Shown in pieces: positions 31,832 to 40,792 of a DNA stretch of 64,000 bases. The stretch's first letter is position 1. Each line of letters starts with the position of its first letter. The DNA lies in NCBI GenBank assembly GCA_019418605.1, contig DYBN01000054.1, positions 81,350 through 145,349 on the forward strand, read 5' to 3'. The position numbers and the translations under genes are program-made. The notes below the pieces were generated by a model. The model saw only the letters and a list, made by a program, of their open reading frames with translations, made no database searches and was not told where the DNA came from. The DNA comes from Sutterella sp. GTDB lineage: Bacteria; Pseudomonadota; Gammaproteobacteria; Burkholderiales; Burkholderiaceae_F.

Positions 31832-33187
31832 TCAGCTTTTGATCTTCTGCTCGAGGATGTGAAGATCGTACTTGAGCTCTTCGTCGGTGTTGCGCTCCGC
31901 GGCGATTTTTTTGCACGCATAGATGATGGTGGCGTGGTCTCGCCCGCCAAAGAGGTCGCCGAGTTCGGGCAGGCTCTTTTTGGTGAGCTCGCGGGCAAGG
32001 TAGATGGCGATTTGGCGCGCGCGCACAAGCTTGGCCTTGCGCGACTTTGAGTTGATGTCGGCCACTTTAAAGCCGTAGTGCTGCGCCACGGTCTGCTGGA
32101 TGGCCTCGATCGTGACCGGCGTGCTGCTTGCCTTGAAGATGTCGCGCAGCGCAAGCTTTACGGTGTCGATCGTGACGTCGACCTGATGAAAGCGCGTGTA
32201 GGCAAGAACCTGCTGCACGGCGCCTTCGAGTTCTCGCACGTTGCTCTTGAGTTTTTTGGCGATGATCTCGGCCACCTCGCGGGGCATGTCAAGCCCCGAG
32301 CGCTCGGCCTTTAAAAGCAGAATCTGCACGCGCATGTCAAACTCGGGCGGCTCGATCGTCACGATGAGCCCCTGCGTGAGGCGGCTCAAAAGCCGCTCCT
32401 GAAAGTCCTTGAGGTTGCGCGGATAGGTGTCGCTCGTGAGCACGATCTGCTTGCCGTGCGGCACCATGCTCTCAAAGGTGAGAAAGAAGTTGGTCTGCGT
32501 GCCCGTACGGGGACCGAAGCTTTGAATGTCGTCGATCAAAAGCAGATCAAGGCCGCGGTAGCGCTCCTCAAAGCGGCGCATCTCATCGGCAAAGCGGTCC
32601 CGGTCAACGCTGTTGAGCCGCATGACCTCCATGAATTCCTGAACGTACTGCTGCGCGGAGATGCACAGCACCTTTGCCTTGGGATTGTTTTGCAAAAAAC
32701 GGTTGCCGATGGCGTGCATCAGGTGCGTTTTTCCAAGGCCTACGCCGCCGTAGATGAAAAGCGGGTTGTAGATCGACTTGGGGCTTGAGGCGACCTGCAG
32801 GGCCGAGGCAAAGGCCATCTGGTTGGCCTGGCCTTCGACCAGATTTTCAAACGTGAGGTAGGGCAGCAGCCCCGTTTTGGCAATGTCGGCCTGCGACGGG
32901 GCTTCGGGCTCGGCTGGAGCCGCGGCGGAGGCGGTCTCGGCTCCCTCTTCCCTTACCTGCCAGAGCAGTTCGACTTCTTTTGCAGCCAGACGGTTGACGG
33001 TCTGCGAGATCGTCTTTCCGTAGGCCTTGACGACTTGGCGCATCTTTGCGTTTGAAGGGGCATAAATCGTCACGACCCCTGCGTCGAGCTCGACATCGGC
33101 CGTCAGATCTGAAAACCAGTTCTGATAGACCAAGGCGGGCGTTGACTCCCGCAGGGCTTCAAGGCATTGCGTCCAGAAATCGTTCAT
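31832..33187 (-). CDS. dnaA: Chromosomal replication initiator DnaA
   Basis: It has the AAA+ Walker A 'GGVGLGKTHLMHA', 'LLIDDIQ', and the domain IV DNA-binding 'GGRDHATIIYACKKI'. The start is taken at ATG 33187 (MNDFWTQCLE). Confidence 0.97.
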   Translation of the reverse strand: MNDFWTQCLEALRESTPALVYQNWFSDLTADVELDAGVVTIYAPSNAKMRQVVKAYGKTISQTVNRLAAKEVELLWQVREEGAETASAAAPAEPEAPSQADIAKTGLLPYLTFENLVEGQANQMAFASALQVASSPKSIYNPLFIYGGVGLGKTHLMHAIGNRFLQNNPKAKVLCISAQQYVQEFMEVMRLNSVDRDRFADEMRRFEERYRGLDLLLIDDIQSFGPRTGTQTNFFLTFESMVPHGKQIVLTSDTYPRNLKDFQERLLSRLTQGLIVTIEPPEFDMRVQILLLKAERSGLDMPREVAEIIAKKLKSNVRELEGAVQQVLAYTRFHQVDVTIDTVKLALRDIFKASSTPVTIEAIQQTVAQHYGFKVADINSKSRKAKLVRARQIAIYLARELTKKSLPELGDLFGGRDHATIIYACKKIAAERNTDEELKYDLHILEQKIKS

Positions 33188-33899
33188 CTGCTTCAATGAA
33201 AAGGGAAAAAAACGCCCCGCGGCGCCGGCGCGCATTGCCGCAGGCCGGCCTTGCTCCTTGGGAGAAAACCTTGAGACGACAAAAGCCGCGCCGCAGGCGG
33301 GGAATGTTTGTACGAGTGTTCGGGGAAAATAGGCGAGGATTTTACCTGCGGCGCCTGAAGTTATCTATGTGGCGGCCCGCCTTCGCCCCTTGCTTGGGAT
33401 TCGCTGATTTTGCGCATTCGCACGACCGATTGTGGTGGGCTGAGGTCCCCGACGCTAGATGCTGTGGAAAACGCCAGGGGCGATCGCGGCGATAAAAATT
33501 TTTCTCCGGCTCGGGGGAGCGTGAAATTTTTGCGCAAAGATTGACAGAAACACCAAAAATAGGGTTTAATATCAGGCTTTTCACGGACACGGATCACTGC
33601 GGCCGGCGTTTTCACCTGGCCGCACGGCGGATGCGCGCGTTTTTTTGCGGCAAAGATGCTTTTGCCGACGGCTCGTTTGGCCGGGCGCACATCGTCTGCG
33701 CGCATGGGCGTGTCTTCGCGAAAAGAGCGTCTTCTGCGGCCGCCAAAAAGGCGTTGACAGCAACAGGCATTTTGTGCGGCCCGAACTTTGTTTTAGATGA
33801 AGCGCCGGCTGCGGCGCGCCAAACGAAGGAAAAGACATCAATTTTCCCGGCGCTGCTGCCTCTTCATCGTCTTCCTTTGACTGAAGGTAAGGAAATATC

Positions 33900-34040
33900 A
33901 TGGCTACCAAGCGTACGTACCAACCCTCCAAGATCAAGCGTGCCCGCACGCACGGCTTCCTGGTCCGCTCCCGCACCAAGGGCGGCCGCGCCGTTCTGGC
34001 CCGCCGTCGCCGCAAGGGGCGTCACACCCTCGCTCTCTAA
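33900..34040 (+). CDS. rpmH: 50S ribosomal protein L34
   Basis: This gene is not in the ORF track (46 aa). Hand translation gives [46 protein letters not shown], preceded by the RBS 'AAGGAAAT'. Confidence 0.95.
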   Translation: MATKRTYQPSKIKRARTHGFLVRSRTKGGRAVLARRRRKGRHTLAL

Positions 34041-34088
34041 TCTGAGGACGTTTTCGCCGTCGTCGAAAAAGACGTCTTCAGTGCAGCT

Positions 34089-34550
34089 GTGACGCAGACC
34101 CGGTCCGGATACCGCTTTCCAAAGTCGGCTCGAATTCTCAGTTCAGACGACTTCGGAAGACTTTTGCGGTCCGACCGCCCCGGAGCAATCCGACTCGGAC
34201 GTGATTCTGTTTCTTTGTGTGCCCAGGCACATCAACAAACGGGTCGCGTCCGTTTTGGTTTTACGGTCGGAAAGCGCAACGTTCCGCTCTCGGTGGACCG
34301 CGCGCTCGTCAAGCGGATCATGCGCGAAGAGGTCCGGCACGCACTTCCCGATTTCGAGAGCCGGTGCAGGGCGCTTGGCGTGGGGCTTGACGTGAGCCTG
34401 CGCTTTCGCACGCCCCTGCGCACAAGCGGCGCCGCAACGACGCAGGCGCAGGCAAGGGCGCTTGTGCGAGGCTCCTGCAAACTGTGCCTGAAGGCGCTCT
34501 CAAAGCGCCTGCCGCAGCTTGCGGGCGCACTTGAAAGCGCCGCGAAATAA
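34089..34550 (+). CDS. rnpA: Ribonuclease P protein component
   Basis: It has 'RFPKSARILSSDDFGRLL' and 'FGFTVGKR' and a GTG start. It lies between rpmH and yidD. Confidence 0.9.
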   Translation: MTQTRSGYRFPKSARILSSDDFGRLLRSDRPGAIRLGRDSVSLCAQAHQQTGRVRFGFTVGKRNVPLSVDRALVKRIMREEVRHALPDFESRCRALGVGLDVSLRFRTPLRTSGAATTQAQARALVRGSCKLCLKALSKRLPQLAGALESAAK

Positions 34551-34554
34551 GAAA

Positions 34555-34803
34555 ATGCTTGCCCGGATTTTCATTGCCCTCGTTCGCCTCTATCAGCTCA
34601 CCTTCTCGAGCTGGGTCGGCTGGCAGTGCCGTTTTGTTCCGACGTGCTCGAACTACGCCATCGAGGCTTTTGAAAAGCACGGAGCGCTCAAGGGGCTTTG
34701 GATGACGGTGATGCGTCTTCTTCGCTGCCATCCGCTGGGCGGGTGCGGTTATGATCCCGTACCGGATAAGTTTCGCTGGCGCTGCTGGCGTCACGATCAA
34801 TGA
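34555..34803 (+). CDS. yidD: Membrane protein insertion efficiency factor YidD
   Basis: It has 'CRFVPTCSNYAIEAFEKHG' and 'RCHPLGGCGYDPVP'. Confidence 0.93.
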   Translation: MLARIFIALVRLYQLTFSSWVGWQCRFVPTCSNYAIEAFEKHGALKGLWMTVMRLLRCHPLGGCGYDPVPDKFRWRCWRHDQ

Positions 34804-34858
34804 AGAGGCCGTCAAGCGGCCGCTTTTTTGCTACTAATTTGATTCATCAGGACCAGAT

Positions 34859-36598
34859 ATGGGTGATTTCAAACGAACCCTCATGTGGGTGATTCTGGTT
34901 GCAGCCTGCTTCATGTTGTGGGACAACTGGCAGGTCTACAACGGACAGCCCTCGTTCTTCGGCGGCGGCGCCACTCAGACCGCCCAAGAGCAGCCTCAGG
35001 AGGCGCAGCCCGGCGCCGACGCCGTGCCCGATGCGCCCGGCAGCGGTGCGCAGGCCCTCGCCAAAGGCATGATTCAGGCTTCCAAACCCGTTGAAGTCCA
35101 GAACGATCTCTTAAAGCTCAACATCGACGAACAGGGCGCCGTGGTGACCCGCGCCGAGCTCTTGAAGGAGCAGCAGCAGGCCGACTGGACCGATGTAGGC
35201 CTGGCCGGCCTCATTCTCGGCAACGAAAAGCCGCAGCTCAACAACATCGTGATGCTCGACGTGACCCCGCAGCACGTCTACGTTGCGCAAAGCGGCCTCA
35301 TCGGCGGAGATTTCCCCAATCACAAGTCGCCCTTCAAGTACCTCGGCACAAAGACCGAAAAGAAGCTTGACGCCGAGCAGAACAAGGAAGTCAACTTCGT
35401 GACGGCAACCTTTGAGAGCACGCAGGGTCCGGTGACGCTGCGAAAGAGCTACGAGCTTGCCGACGGCCGCTACGCCGTGTTCGTGCGCAACGAGGTGATC
35501 AACAACGGCGAGGCTCCCATCAAGCCCTCGATCTACTACCAGATCACGCGCGACGATGCCAAGCCCGAAGGCGAGAGCTCCTTTTACTACACGTACACGG
35601 GGCCGGCCATCTACACCGAAGAAAACAAGTTCCAGAAGATTGCCTTCGACGACATCGGCGATCAGCCCGATCACGTCACCAAGGCCGACAACGGCTGGGT
35701 GGCGATGGTGCAGCACTACTTCATCACGGCCTGGACCGACATCAAGGGCGACGATTCAAAGCGCGAGCGAGAGTTCTACACCACGAAGCTCGACAAGAAC
35801 CTCTATGCCGTGGGCTCCATTCAGCGCCTGGGCACGATCGAGCCCAAGCAGAGCCTGACGACGTCCGAGCTTCTCTACATCGGCCCGCAGGATCAGCAGC
35901 GTCTGCAGTATCTTGCCGACGGCCTTGAACTCGTGGTCGACTACGGGTGGCTTACGTTCCTTGCCAAGCCGATTTACTCCGTGCTGTATTTCCTCTACGG
36001 CCTCGTGGGCAACTGGGGCTGGTCGATTGTGCTTTTGACCTGCCTGGTGAAGGCCATCCTCTATCCGATTTCGGCCGCAGGCTACAAGTCCATGGCCCGC
36101 ATGAAGGAAGTGACGCCCCGCATGAAGGCGCTGCAGGAGCAGTACGGCAGCGACAAGCAGCGCTATCAGCAGGCGGTGATGGAGCTCTACCGCAAGGAAA
36201 AGATCAACCCGGTGGGCGGATGCTTCCCGATTCTGCTGCAGATCCCCGTGTTCCTTGCCCTGTACTGGGTGCTGCTTGCCAGCGTCGAGCTGCGCGGCTC
36301 GGCCTGGATCGGCTGGGTGACCGACCTTGCCATGCCTGATCCCTGGTTCATTTTGCCGGCCATCATGATGGCGACGATGTTCCTGCAGATCAAGCTCAAC
36401 CCGAAGCCCACCGACGCCATGCAGGCGCGCATGATGGTCATGATGCCGCTCATCTTCGGCGTGATGTTCTTCTTCTTTGCTTCCGGCCTGGTGCTGTACT
36501 GGCTCACGAACAACGTTCTCTCCATCCTGCAGCAGTGGTGGGTTAACAAGAAGATTGCCGAAGAGCGTCAAAAGCGTCTTCAGGCAGCCAACCGCTAG
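34859..36598 (+). CDS. yidC: Membrane protein insertase YidC
   Basis: This 579-aa protein has an N-terminal TM segment, a large periplasmic domain and a C-terminal 5-TM core ('GGCFPILLQIPVFLALYWVL'). Confidence 0.97.
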   Translation: MGDFKRTLMWVILVAACFMLWDNWQVYNGQPSFFGGGATQTAQEQPQEAQPGADAVPDAPGSGAQALAKGMIQASKPVEVQNDLLKLNIDEQGAVVTRAELLKEQQQADWTDVGLAGLILGNEKPQLNNIVMLDVTPQHVYVAQSGLIGGDFPNHKSPFKYLGTKTEKKLDAEQNKEVNFVTATFESTQGPVTLRKSYELADGRYAVFVRNEVINNGEAPIKPSIYYQITRDDAKPEGESSFYYTYTGPAIYTEENKFQKIAFDDIGDQPDHVTKADNGWVAMVQHYFITAWTDIKGDDSKREREFYTTKLDKNLYAVGSIQRLGTIEPKQSLTTSELLYIGPQDQQRLQYLADGLELVVDYGWLTFLAKPIYSVLYFLYGLVGNWGWSIVLLTCLVKAILYPISAAGYKSMARMKEVTPRMKALQEQYGSDKQRYQQAVMELYRKEKINPVGGCFPILLQIPVFLALYWVLLASVELRGSAWIGWVTDLAMPDPWFILPAIMMATMFLQIKLNPKPTDAMQARMMVMMPLIFGVMFFFFASGLVLYWLTNNVLSILQQWWVNKKIAEERQKRLQAANR

Positions 36599-36652
36599 AA
36601 AGCCTCTCCTTTGCGCGCGCCTTAAAGTTTGGGCGCGCGCTCAACAAAAAGA

Positions 36653-36690
36653 GCCGTGCCGGAGGACATCTTCCGGACACGGCCTTTTTG
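36653..36690 (+). terminator. Rho-independent terminator after yidC
   Basis: The stem GCCGTGCCGGA...TCCGGACACGGC is followed by TTTTTG. A second GC hairpin lies at 36613-36640. Confidence 0.7.
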
Positions 36691-36796
36691 TTGCCGCAGG
36701 CTTCTTCGGCAAGGCGGGCAAGCGCGGTCGTGCCGATGCCTTTGCCGCAATTTGCGGGGCGGTAAGATTGATCGATGAGGTAGTAAGCGCTTTGTT

Positions 36797-37108
36797 TTAC
36801 TGCCTGGAGCGTGCGGCAAACTTGTGCGCCGCCAACAGCAGGGGCCAGAGCCAGGCGCTTAAAAACCAAAGCGCAATCTGCGGGACGCTCATGGGCTTTC
36901 CCTGCGCGTCCTTGGTTAGAAGAAAGATCGTGATGGCGCCGACAACCGCCCACAACAGAAGGCCGCCGTAGATGAGCACGCGCATGTTGTAAGTGTCGCC
37001 GAAAAAGGCGGCGAGAAAGGCCGCCGCCGGCACGGACGTGACGACGGCAAGGCAGGCGCCCAATAGTGCGGCTCCAAAGTACTGATTCTTTTTTGTCGGA
37101 AGGCTCAT
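36797..37108 (-). CDS. Small hypothetical membrane protein (3 predicted TM segments)
   Basis: This 103-aa ORF has three clear hydrophobic stretches. I prefer it over the overlapping Arg-rich 200-aa frame at 36543-37145. Confidence 0.45.
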   Translation of the reverse strand: MSLPTKKNQYFGAALLGACLAVVTSVPAAAFLAAFFGDTYNMRVLIYGGLLLWAVVGAITIFLLTKDAQGKPMSVPQIALWFLSAWLWPLLLAAHKFAARSRQ

Positions 37109-37185
37109 AAGGATTGAGAAGTTTGATGGAAAGCAACTCCGTCAATCTTACCCCGGCTGTTGATTTTGCTGAAAATAATTAAAAA

Positions 37186-37202
37186 AGTTTGATTTATCAA
37201 TC
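37186..37202. promoter_or_regulatory. Dyad TTGAT-TT-ATCAA upstream of mnmE (motif shared with the parA upstream region)
   Basis: AAAAAAGTTTGATTTATCAATCATAAAG lies about 20 nt before the mnmE ATG. It is near-identical in form to 43571-43600. Confidence 0.3.
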
Positions 37203-37222
37203 ATAAAGTTTTGGACATCACA

Positions 37223-38599
37223 ATGCACTCGGAAAAAGAACCGATCATTGCCAGAGCAAGCGCAGCCGGGCGCGGCGGCATCGGCATTATTCGCCTCTCC
37301 GGAACGCAGAATTCCATGCTGTTCATGCTGGGAGCTCTTTTCCCGGACAAGAAAATCAAGCCGCGGCATGCACACCTCTTTTCAGTCAAGGACGCCAAAG
37401 GTGAGCTCATCGATCAGGCGATCGTTCTTTTCTTTCCCTCCCCCGCTTCTTACACGGGCGAGGCGGTTGTGGAAATTCAGGCGCACGGCGGCCCTGCCGT
37501 CATGCAGATGATTGAGGCGCGCGCGCTTGAAGTGGGCGCAGCCGTTGGGCTGCGGCAGGCGCAGCCCGGAGAATTCTCCGAGCGTGCATTTTTAAACGGC
37601 CGCATGGATCTTGCACAGGCCGAGGCGGTGGCAGATCTGATTGAAGCTTCAAGTCAGGCTGCGGCGCGCGCCGCGGCGCGCTCCCTGCAGGGGGCTTTTT
37701 CCACTGAAGTCAACCGCATCAATCAGGATCTTGTGGAGCTGCGCGCCTACATCGAGGCCACGATTGACTTTCCCGAGGAAGAAATCGACTTTATTGCCGA
37801 CGGCCATGTCAATGAACGCGTTGAGGTGATTGCCGGGGAACTCGAAACGCTGTCGCGCAATGCCATGCGCGGCAAGGTTTTGCGCGACGGCCTGACGGTT
37901 GTTCTGGTGGGGTCGCCCAATGTCGGCAAGAGCTCCCTGATGAATTGTCTGGCCCGTGAAGAGGTGGCGATTGTCACCGATATTGCCGGCACCACGCGAG
38001 ACAAAATCGCCCACACCATCAACCTGGACGGATTTTCCGTGAACTTGATTGATACGGCGGGCGTCAGACATACACAGGACACGGTTGAGCAAATCGGCAT
38101 TGAGCGGACACTGAAAGCCGTGGAGGACGCCGACGTCGTCGTGCATCTCACCAGTGCCGATCAGTCCAACAGAGATGCCGAACGCGAGGCCATGGATTTG
38201 ATCCGGCCCCGACTGCGCGAAGGGGTTGTGTTTCTTCAGGTGAAAAACAAGATGGACCTTGTCGGCCCGGCAAGCGCTGAAGAAGACGGCGAGATCATCT
38301 GCGTGTCCGCTCGAACCGGTCAAGGAATTGATCTTCTTGTGCAGAAACTCAAAACGATTGCCGGCATGGCCTCCGATACGCAGGGAGACTTTTTAGCCCG
38401 CAGCCGCCATCTGGAGTGCATTGCCCGTGCGCTCGAGCACGTCAACCTCATCAGAGGCGGCGTTGGAAGTCGAGTCGGACTTGATATCGCAGCCGAGGAA
38501 CTGCGGCTTGCCGGTCAGGCCTTGGGAGAGATTGTCGGCCAAACCCTGTCCGACGATCTTCTCGGCATTATCTTTTCCAAGTTCTGCATCGGCAAGTAG
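37223..38599 (+). CDS. mnmE: tRNA modification GTPase MnmE
   Basis: It has 'GRGGIGIIRLSG', the G-domain 'GSPNVGKSSLMN' and 'DTAG', and the C-terminal 'FCIGK'. The start is taken at ATG 37223. Confidence 0.96.
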   Translation: MHSEKEPIIARASAAGRGGIGIIRLSGTQNSMLFMLGALFPDKKIKPRHAHLFSVKDAKGELIDQAIVLFFPSPASYTGEAVVEIQAHGGPAVMQMIEARALEVGAAVGLRQAQPGEFSERAFLNGRMDLAQAEAVADLIEASSQAAARAAARSLQGAFSTEVNRINQDLVELRAYIEATIDFPEEEIDFIADGHVNERVEVIAGELETLSRNAMRGKVLRDGLTVVLVGSPNVGKSSLMNCLAREEVAIVTDIAGTTRDKIAHTINLDGFSVNLIDTAGVRHTQDTVEQIGIERTLKAVEDADVVVHLTSADQSNRDAEREAMDLIRPRLREGVVFLQVKNKMDLVGPASAEEDGEIICVSARTGQGIDLLVQKLKTIAGMASDTQGDFLARSRHLECIARALEHVNLIRGGVGSRVGLDIAAEELRLAGQALGEIVGQTLSDDLLGIIFSKFCIGK

Positions 38600-38619
38600 T
38601 CCCACTGTCTTTTCAAGCA

Positions 38620-38635
38620 TGTTTCACGTGAAACA
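38620..38635. promoter_or_regulatory. parS site 1
   Basis: TGTTTCACGTGAAACA is a perfect palindrome identical to the canonical parS consensus TGTTNCACGTGNAACA. Confidence 0.85.
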
Positions 38636-38796
38636 TTGCCTGCCGGGGTGTCGATTGATTTTCTCGACGAGAGCGTTGCGGCTCCCTTATTCTCTATACA
38701 ACAAAAAGTCTTTGCGGGCGCTTCATGCATTGGAGGGCTGAAGCGTCTCAGCCCTGCTCTGCTCCAGCTCACAAGCTTTGCGCTTGCAAAGTCTTT

Positions 38797-40368
38797 TTAT
38801 GCTTTGCTGACCTTTGGCCGCTCCGGCTTTCGTTTTGGTTGGGGCGGTTCTTTTTTTTCAGAGGCCGTCTTTGTCTTGTTCTTGCTTCCTTTGGGACGAC
38901 CGCGCCTGCCGGGCTTGACAAGCTCTCCCACCGGAGTGGGCTTTGATTTTTCAGACAATCCCAGTTTTTCCAAGATGGCTTTGATGCTCGGCGTGGTGTG
39001 CACCCAGGCATCGTCGTCTGATTGAGCCGGTAGGGGACCGTCGACGCGGCGCCATGCGGTAGACAAGTCGTCCATCAAATCCGACCACGAGTCATTGTCG
39101 AGCAGGCCGGCCGCCTCTGCCTTGTGAAGCATTCGACAGGTGAGCGTGGCAGCAATGCAGTTGATGAACTCAGAACCGATGACGGAAAAGTCATCCTGTA
39201 CGCCGCTCTCTTCCGGAGGCGCGTCGTTTTTGAAGCGCTGAAATATTCTCTCGATCTGCCGGCGGTCCTTGCAGCATCGGTAAACCACGTCGGGATCCAA
39301 GTCCTCATTGGACTCAAGGACGATCATGCCGAAGGAATTCTTCTTTGCGCGCTCCGCGACTGGAGGCTCTTTGAGCGCCTCCTCGGTGCCGGTCTTGTAA
39401 ACGTAGAGAAATTGCCCGTTGTCTGCCCTCTCCTTTTTGTACAAGACGTCTATGTTGTCTTTGAGCACTCCTTGAAACTCGAGCGTGTTGAATTTTGCAA
39501 TGCGTGAGTCTTCGAGCTTGATTGGAGTGATGAACTGCAGCTGCGGCTGCGGCTGCGAGGCCAGCTCCTGAGCGAGCTGCTCGCGCGGAATCTCTTCGTC
39601 AAAAATAAGGATGCCTTTGTCGATGTCGTTGTCTTTCATGAAGGAGCGGCAGGACGCGGCGGCGTCAATGCTGTTGTCCGGGAAGACCTCTGCGCAGACG
39701 GGTTCGCGCCGCACCAGATCGTATGCGTAGATGATGGAGATGCCACGGCTGTCTTCGTCGTGCGCGTTGTAGGAAAAGGTTGAAAGGTCGTTCACGTCGA
39801 CCGTGTTCTGTTTGCGCACGTTGCCAATGGCAATGCGGGGGTGAGGTTTCATCGCACGGATTCGCCGCATATGAAATTGGCGGCGTTTGGCTCCGTCCTT
39901 GCCAAGCTGCTGAAACAAGGACGACACGGCATTGGCCGACAGAGCCAGGTCCGGGTAGTAGCGGCTGATGAAAGTGCGTCGATACTCCACGTCGATGCGG
40001 TGCATCGTGATCTTTGGTTTTAAGACGCGCACAGAGGCGATGGCCATGATTCTCTGCGCATCCTCCACTGAATAGACAGCGGACAGATCGTCGAGCAAAT
40101 CGGCCGAACAGTCGCGGATGAAGGCGGCTGCTCCATAGGAGAGCATGTCAGGCTCCGCGTTGACCGCTTTGGCAACAACAGGCACGAATTGGTGATCGAC
40201 AATGTGTCCGATGATCGGGCCGTTGATTGGCCGAGGATTGCCGGCGGGACCGTACTTGACGCCGATGCGCTCGCGCACGGCGTAGCGTTTCGTTTCCCTG
40301 GCGCCGGACAAAACAACGACGGTGTTCCGAGGCCGCGGAACGCTTCGAATATCTGCGGGAATGCTCAT
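38797..40368 (-). CDS. IS4/IS1634-like DDE transposase homologue with a basic AT-hook-like C-terminal tail
   Basis: The C-terminal catalytic signature 'YRCCKDRRQIERIFQRFKN' resembles the IS4-superfamily R-x3-E-x6-K block. The tail 'KPGRRGRPKGSKNKTK' is AT-hook-like (GRP core). The family assignment comes from pattern memory only. Confidence 0.5.
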   Translation of the reverse strand: MSIPADIRSVPRPRNTVVVLSGARETKRYAVRERIGVKYGPAGNPRPINGPIIGHIVDHQFVPVVAKAVNAEPDMLSYGAAAFIRDCSADLLDDLSAVYSVEDAQRIMAIASVRVLKPKITMHRIDVEYRRTFISRYYPDLALSANAVSSLFQQLGKDGAKRRQFHMRRIRAMKPHPRIAIGNVRKQNTVDVNDLSTFSYNAHDEDSRGISIIYAYDLVRREPVCAEVFPDNSIDAAASCRSFMKDNDIDKGILIFDEEIPREQLAQELASQPQPQLQFITPIKLEDSRIAKFNTLEFQGVLKDNIDVLYKKERADNGQFLYVYKTGTEEALKEPPVAERAKKNSFGMIVLESNEDLDPDVVYRCCKDRRQIERIFQRFKNDAPPEESGVQDDFSVIGSEFINCIAATLTCRMLHKAEAAGLLDNDSWSDLMDDLSTAWRRVDGPLPAQSDDDAWVHTTPSIKAILEKLGLSEKSKPTPVGELVKPGRRGRPKGSKNKTKTASEKKEPPQPKRKPERPKVSKA

Positions 40369-40385
40369 ATAAACAAGTAGACGAA

Positions 40386-40416
40386 ATTAGTACTGTTATT
40401 ATATATCTGTACTAAT
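40386..40416. promoter_or_regulatory. AT-rich inverted repeat upstream of the transposase-like gene
   Basis: ATTAGTAC-N15-GTACTAAT lies 18-48 nt upstream of the start at 40368. Confidence 0.35.
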
Positions 40417-40520
40417 ATACGTTTTGTTTGCTTGGATCAGACTCTGAAGGTTGGCTTCGATTTCGCTTTCTTGTTTATGCATGTGACCGGGAGGAATCAA
40501 GATGAACGGATTGGCAGCAA

Positions 40521-40536
40521 TGTTCCACGTGGAACA
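40521..40536. promoter_or_regulatory. parS site 2
   Basis: TGTTCCACGTGGAACA is a perfect palindrome. Confidence 0.85.
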
Positions 40537-40718
40537 TTACTTTTGCCTGGCTTTTAGAGCAGACAGTGCCTTGCATCAACACTGTTGATCGAGCAATTGA
40601 TGCACGTGATTTTTCGGGATTTGATCTTTATGAATAGATTGCGAGAAAGAGATCTCCGTGCAAGTTTTGGATGCATTGATTGGATATACTCTCGAAACAC
40701 AAATGAAATTTGACTTGA

Positions 40719-40734
40719 TGTTCCACGTGAAACA
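40719..40734. promoter_or_regulatory. parS site 3
   Basis: TGTTCCACGTGAAACA. Confidence 0.85.
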
Positions 40735-40753
40735 TGAACGGCGCAGTGCCCGA

Positions 40754-40769
40754 TGTTTCACGTGGAACA
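40754..40769. promoter_or_regulatory. parS site 4
   Basis: TGTTTCACGTGGAACA. Confidence 0.85.
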
Positions 40770-40792
40770 TTGTTTAAGTTGGTGAGTGAGTT

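Larger units (their letters stand above)
38619..40537 (-). mobile_element. IS-like insertion (single DDE-transposase-like gene) bounded by inverted parS-containing repeats
   Basis: The left end reads ATGTTTCACGTGAAACATTGCCTGCC. The reverse complement of the right end reads ATGTTCCACGTGGAACATTGCTGCCAA. GC is lower than in yidC or the atp genes, and the element interrupts the usually compact mnmE-mnmG interval. Confidence 0.4.

Noticed and set aside
36543-37145. A 200-aa minus-strand ORF between yidC and mnmE.
   Set aside because: It is an Arg-rich frame running through the yidC terminator. The overlapping 103-aa frame (36797-37108) with three hydrophobic helices is the more credible coding frame.
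37186-37202. The TTGAT...ATCAA dyads upstream of mnmE and parA considered as FNR/CRP boxes.
   Set aside because: The canonical FNR site is TTGAT-N4-ATCAA, whereas both sites here have only 2 nt between half-sites. I therefore report them as an unassigned shared motif.
40598-40613. A possible sixth parS (TGATGCACGTGATTTT).
   Set aside because: It shares the CACGTG core and a left half-site with 1 mismatch, but the right half has 4 mismatches to NAACA, so it is not a credible parS.
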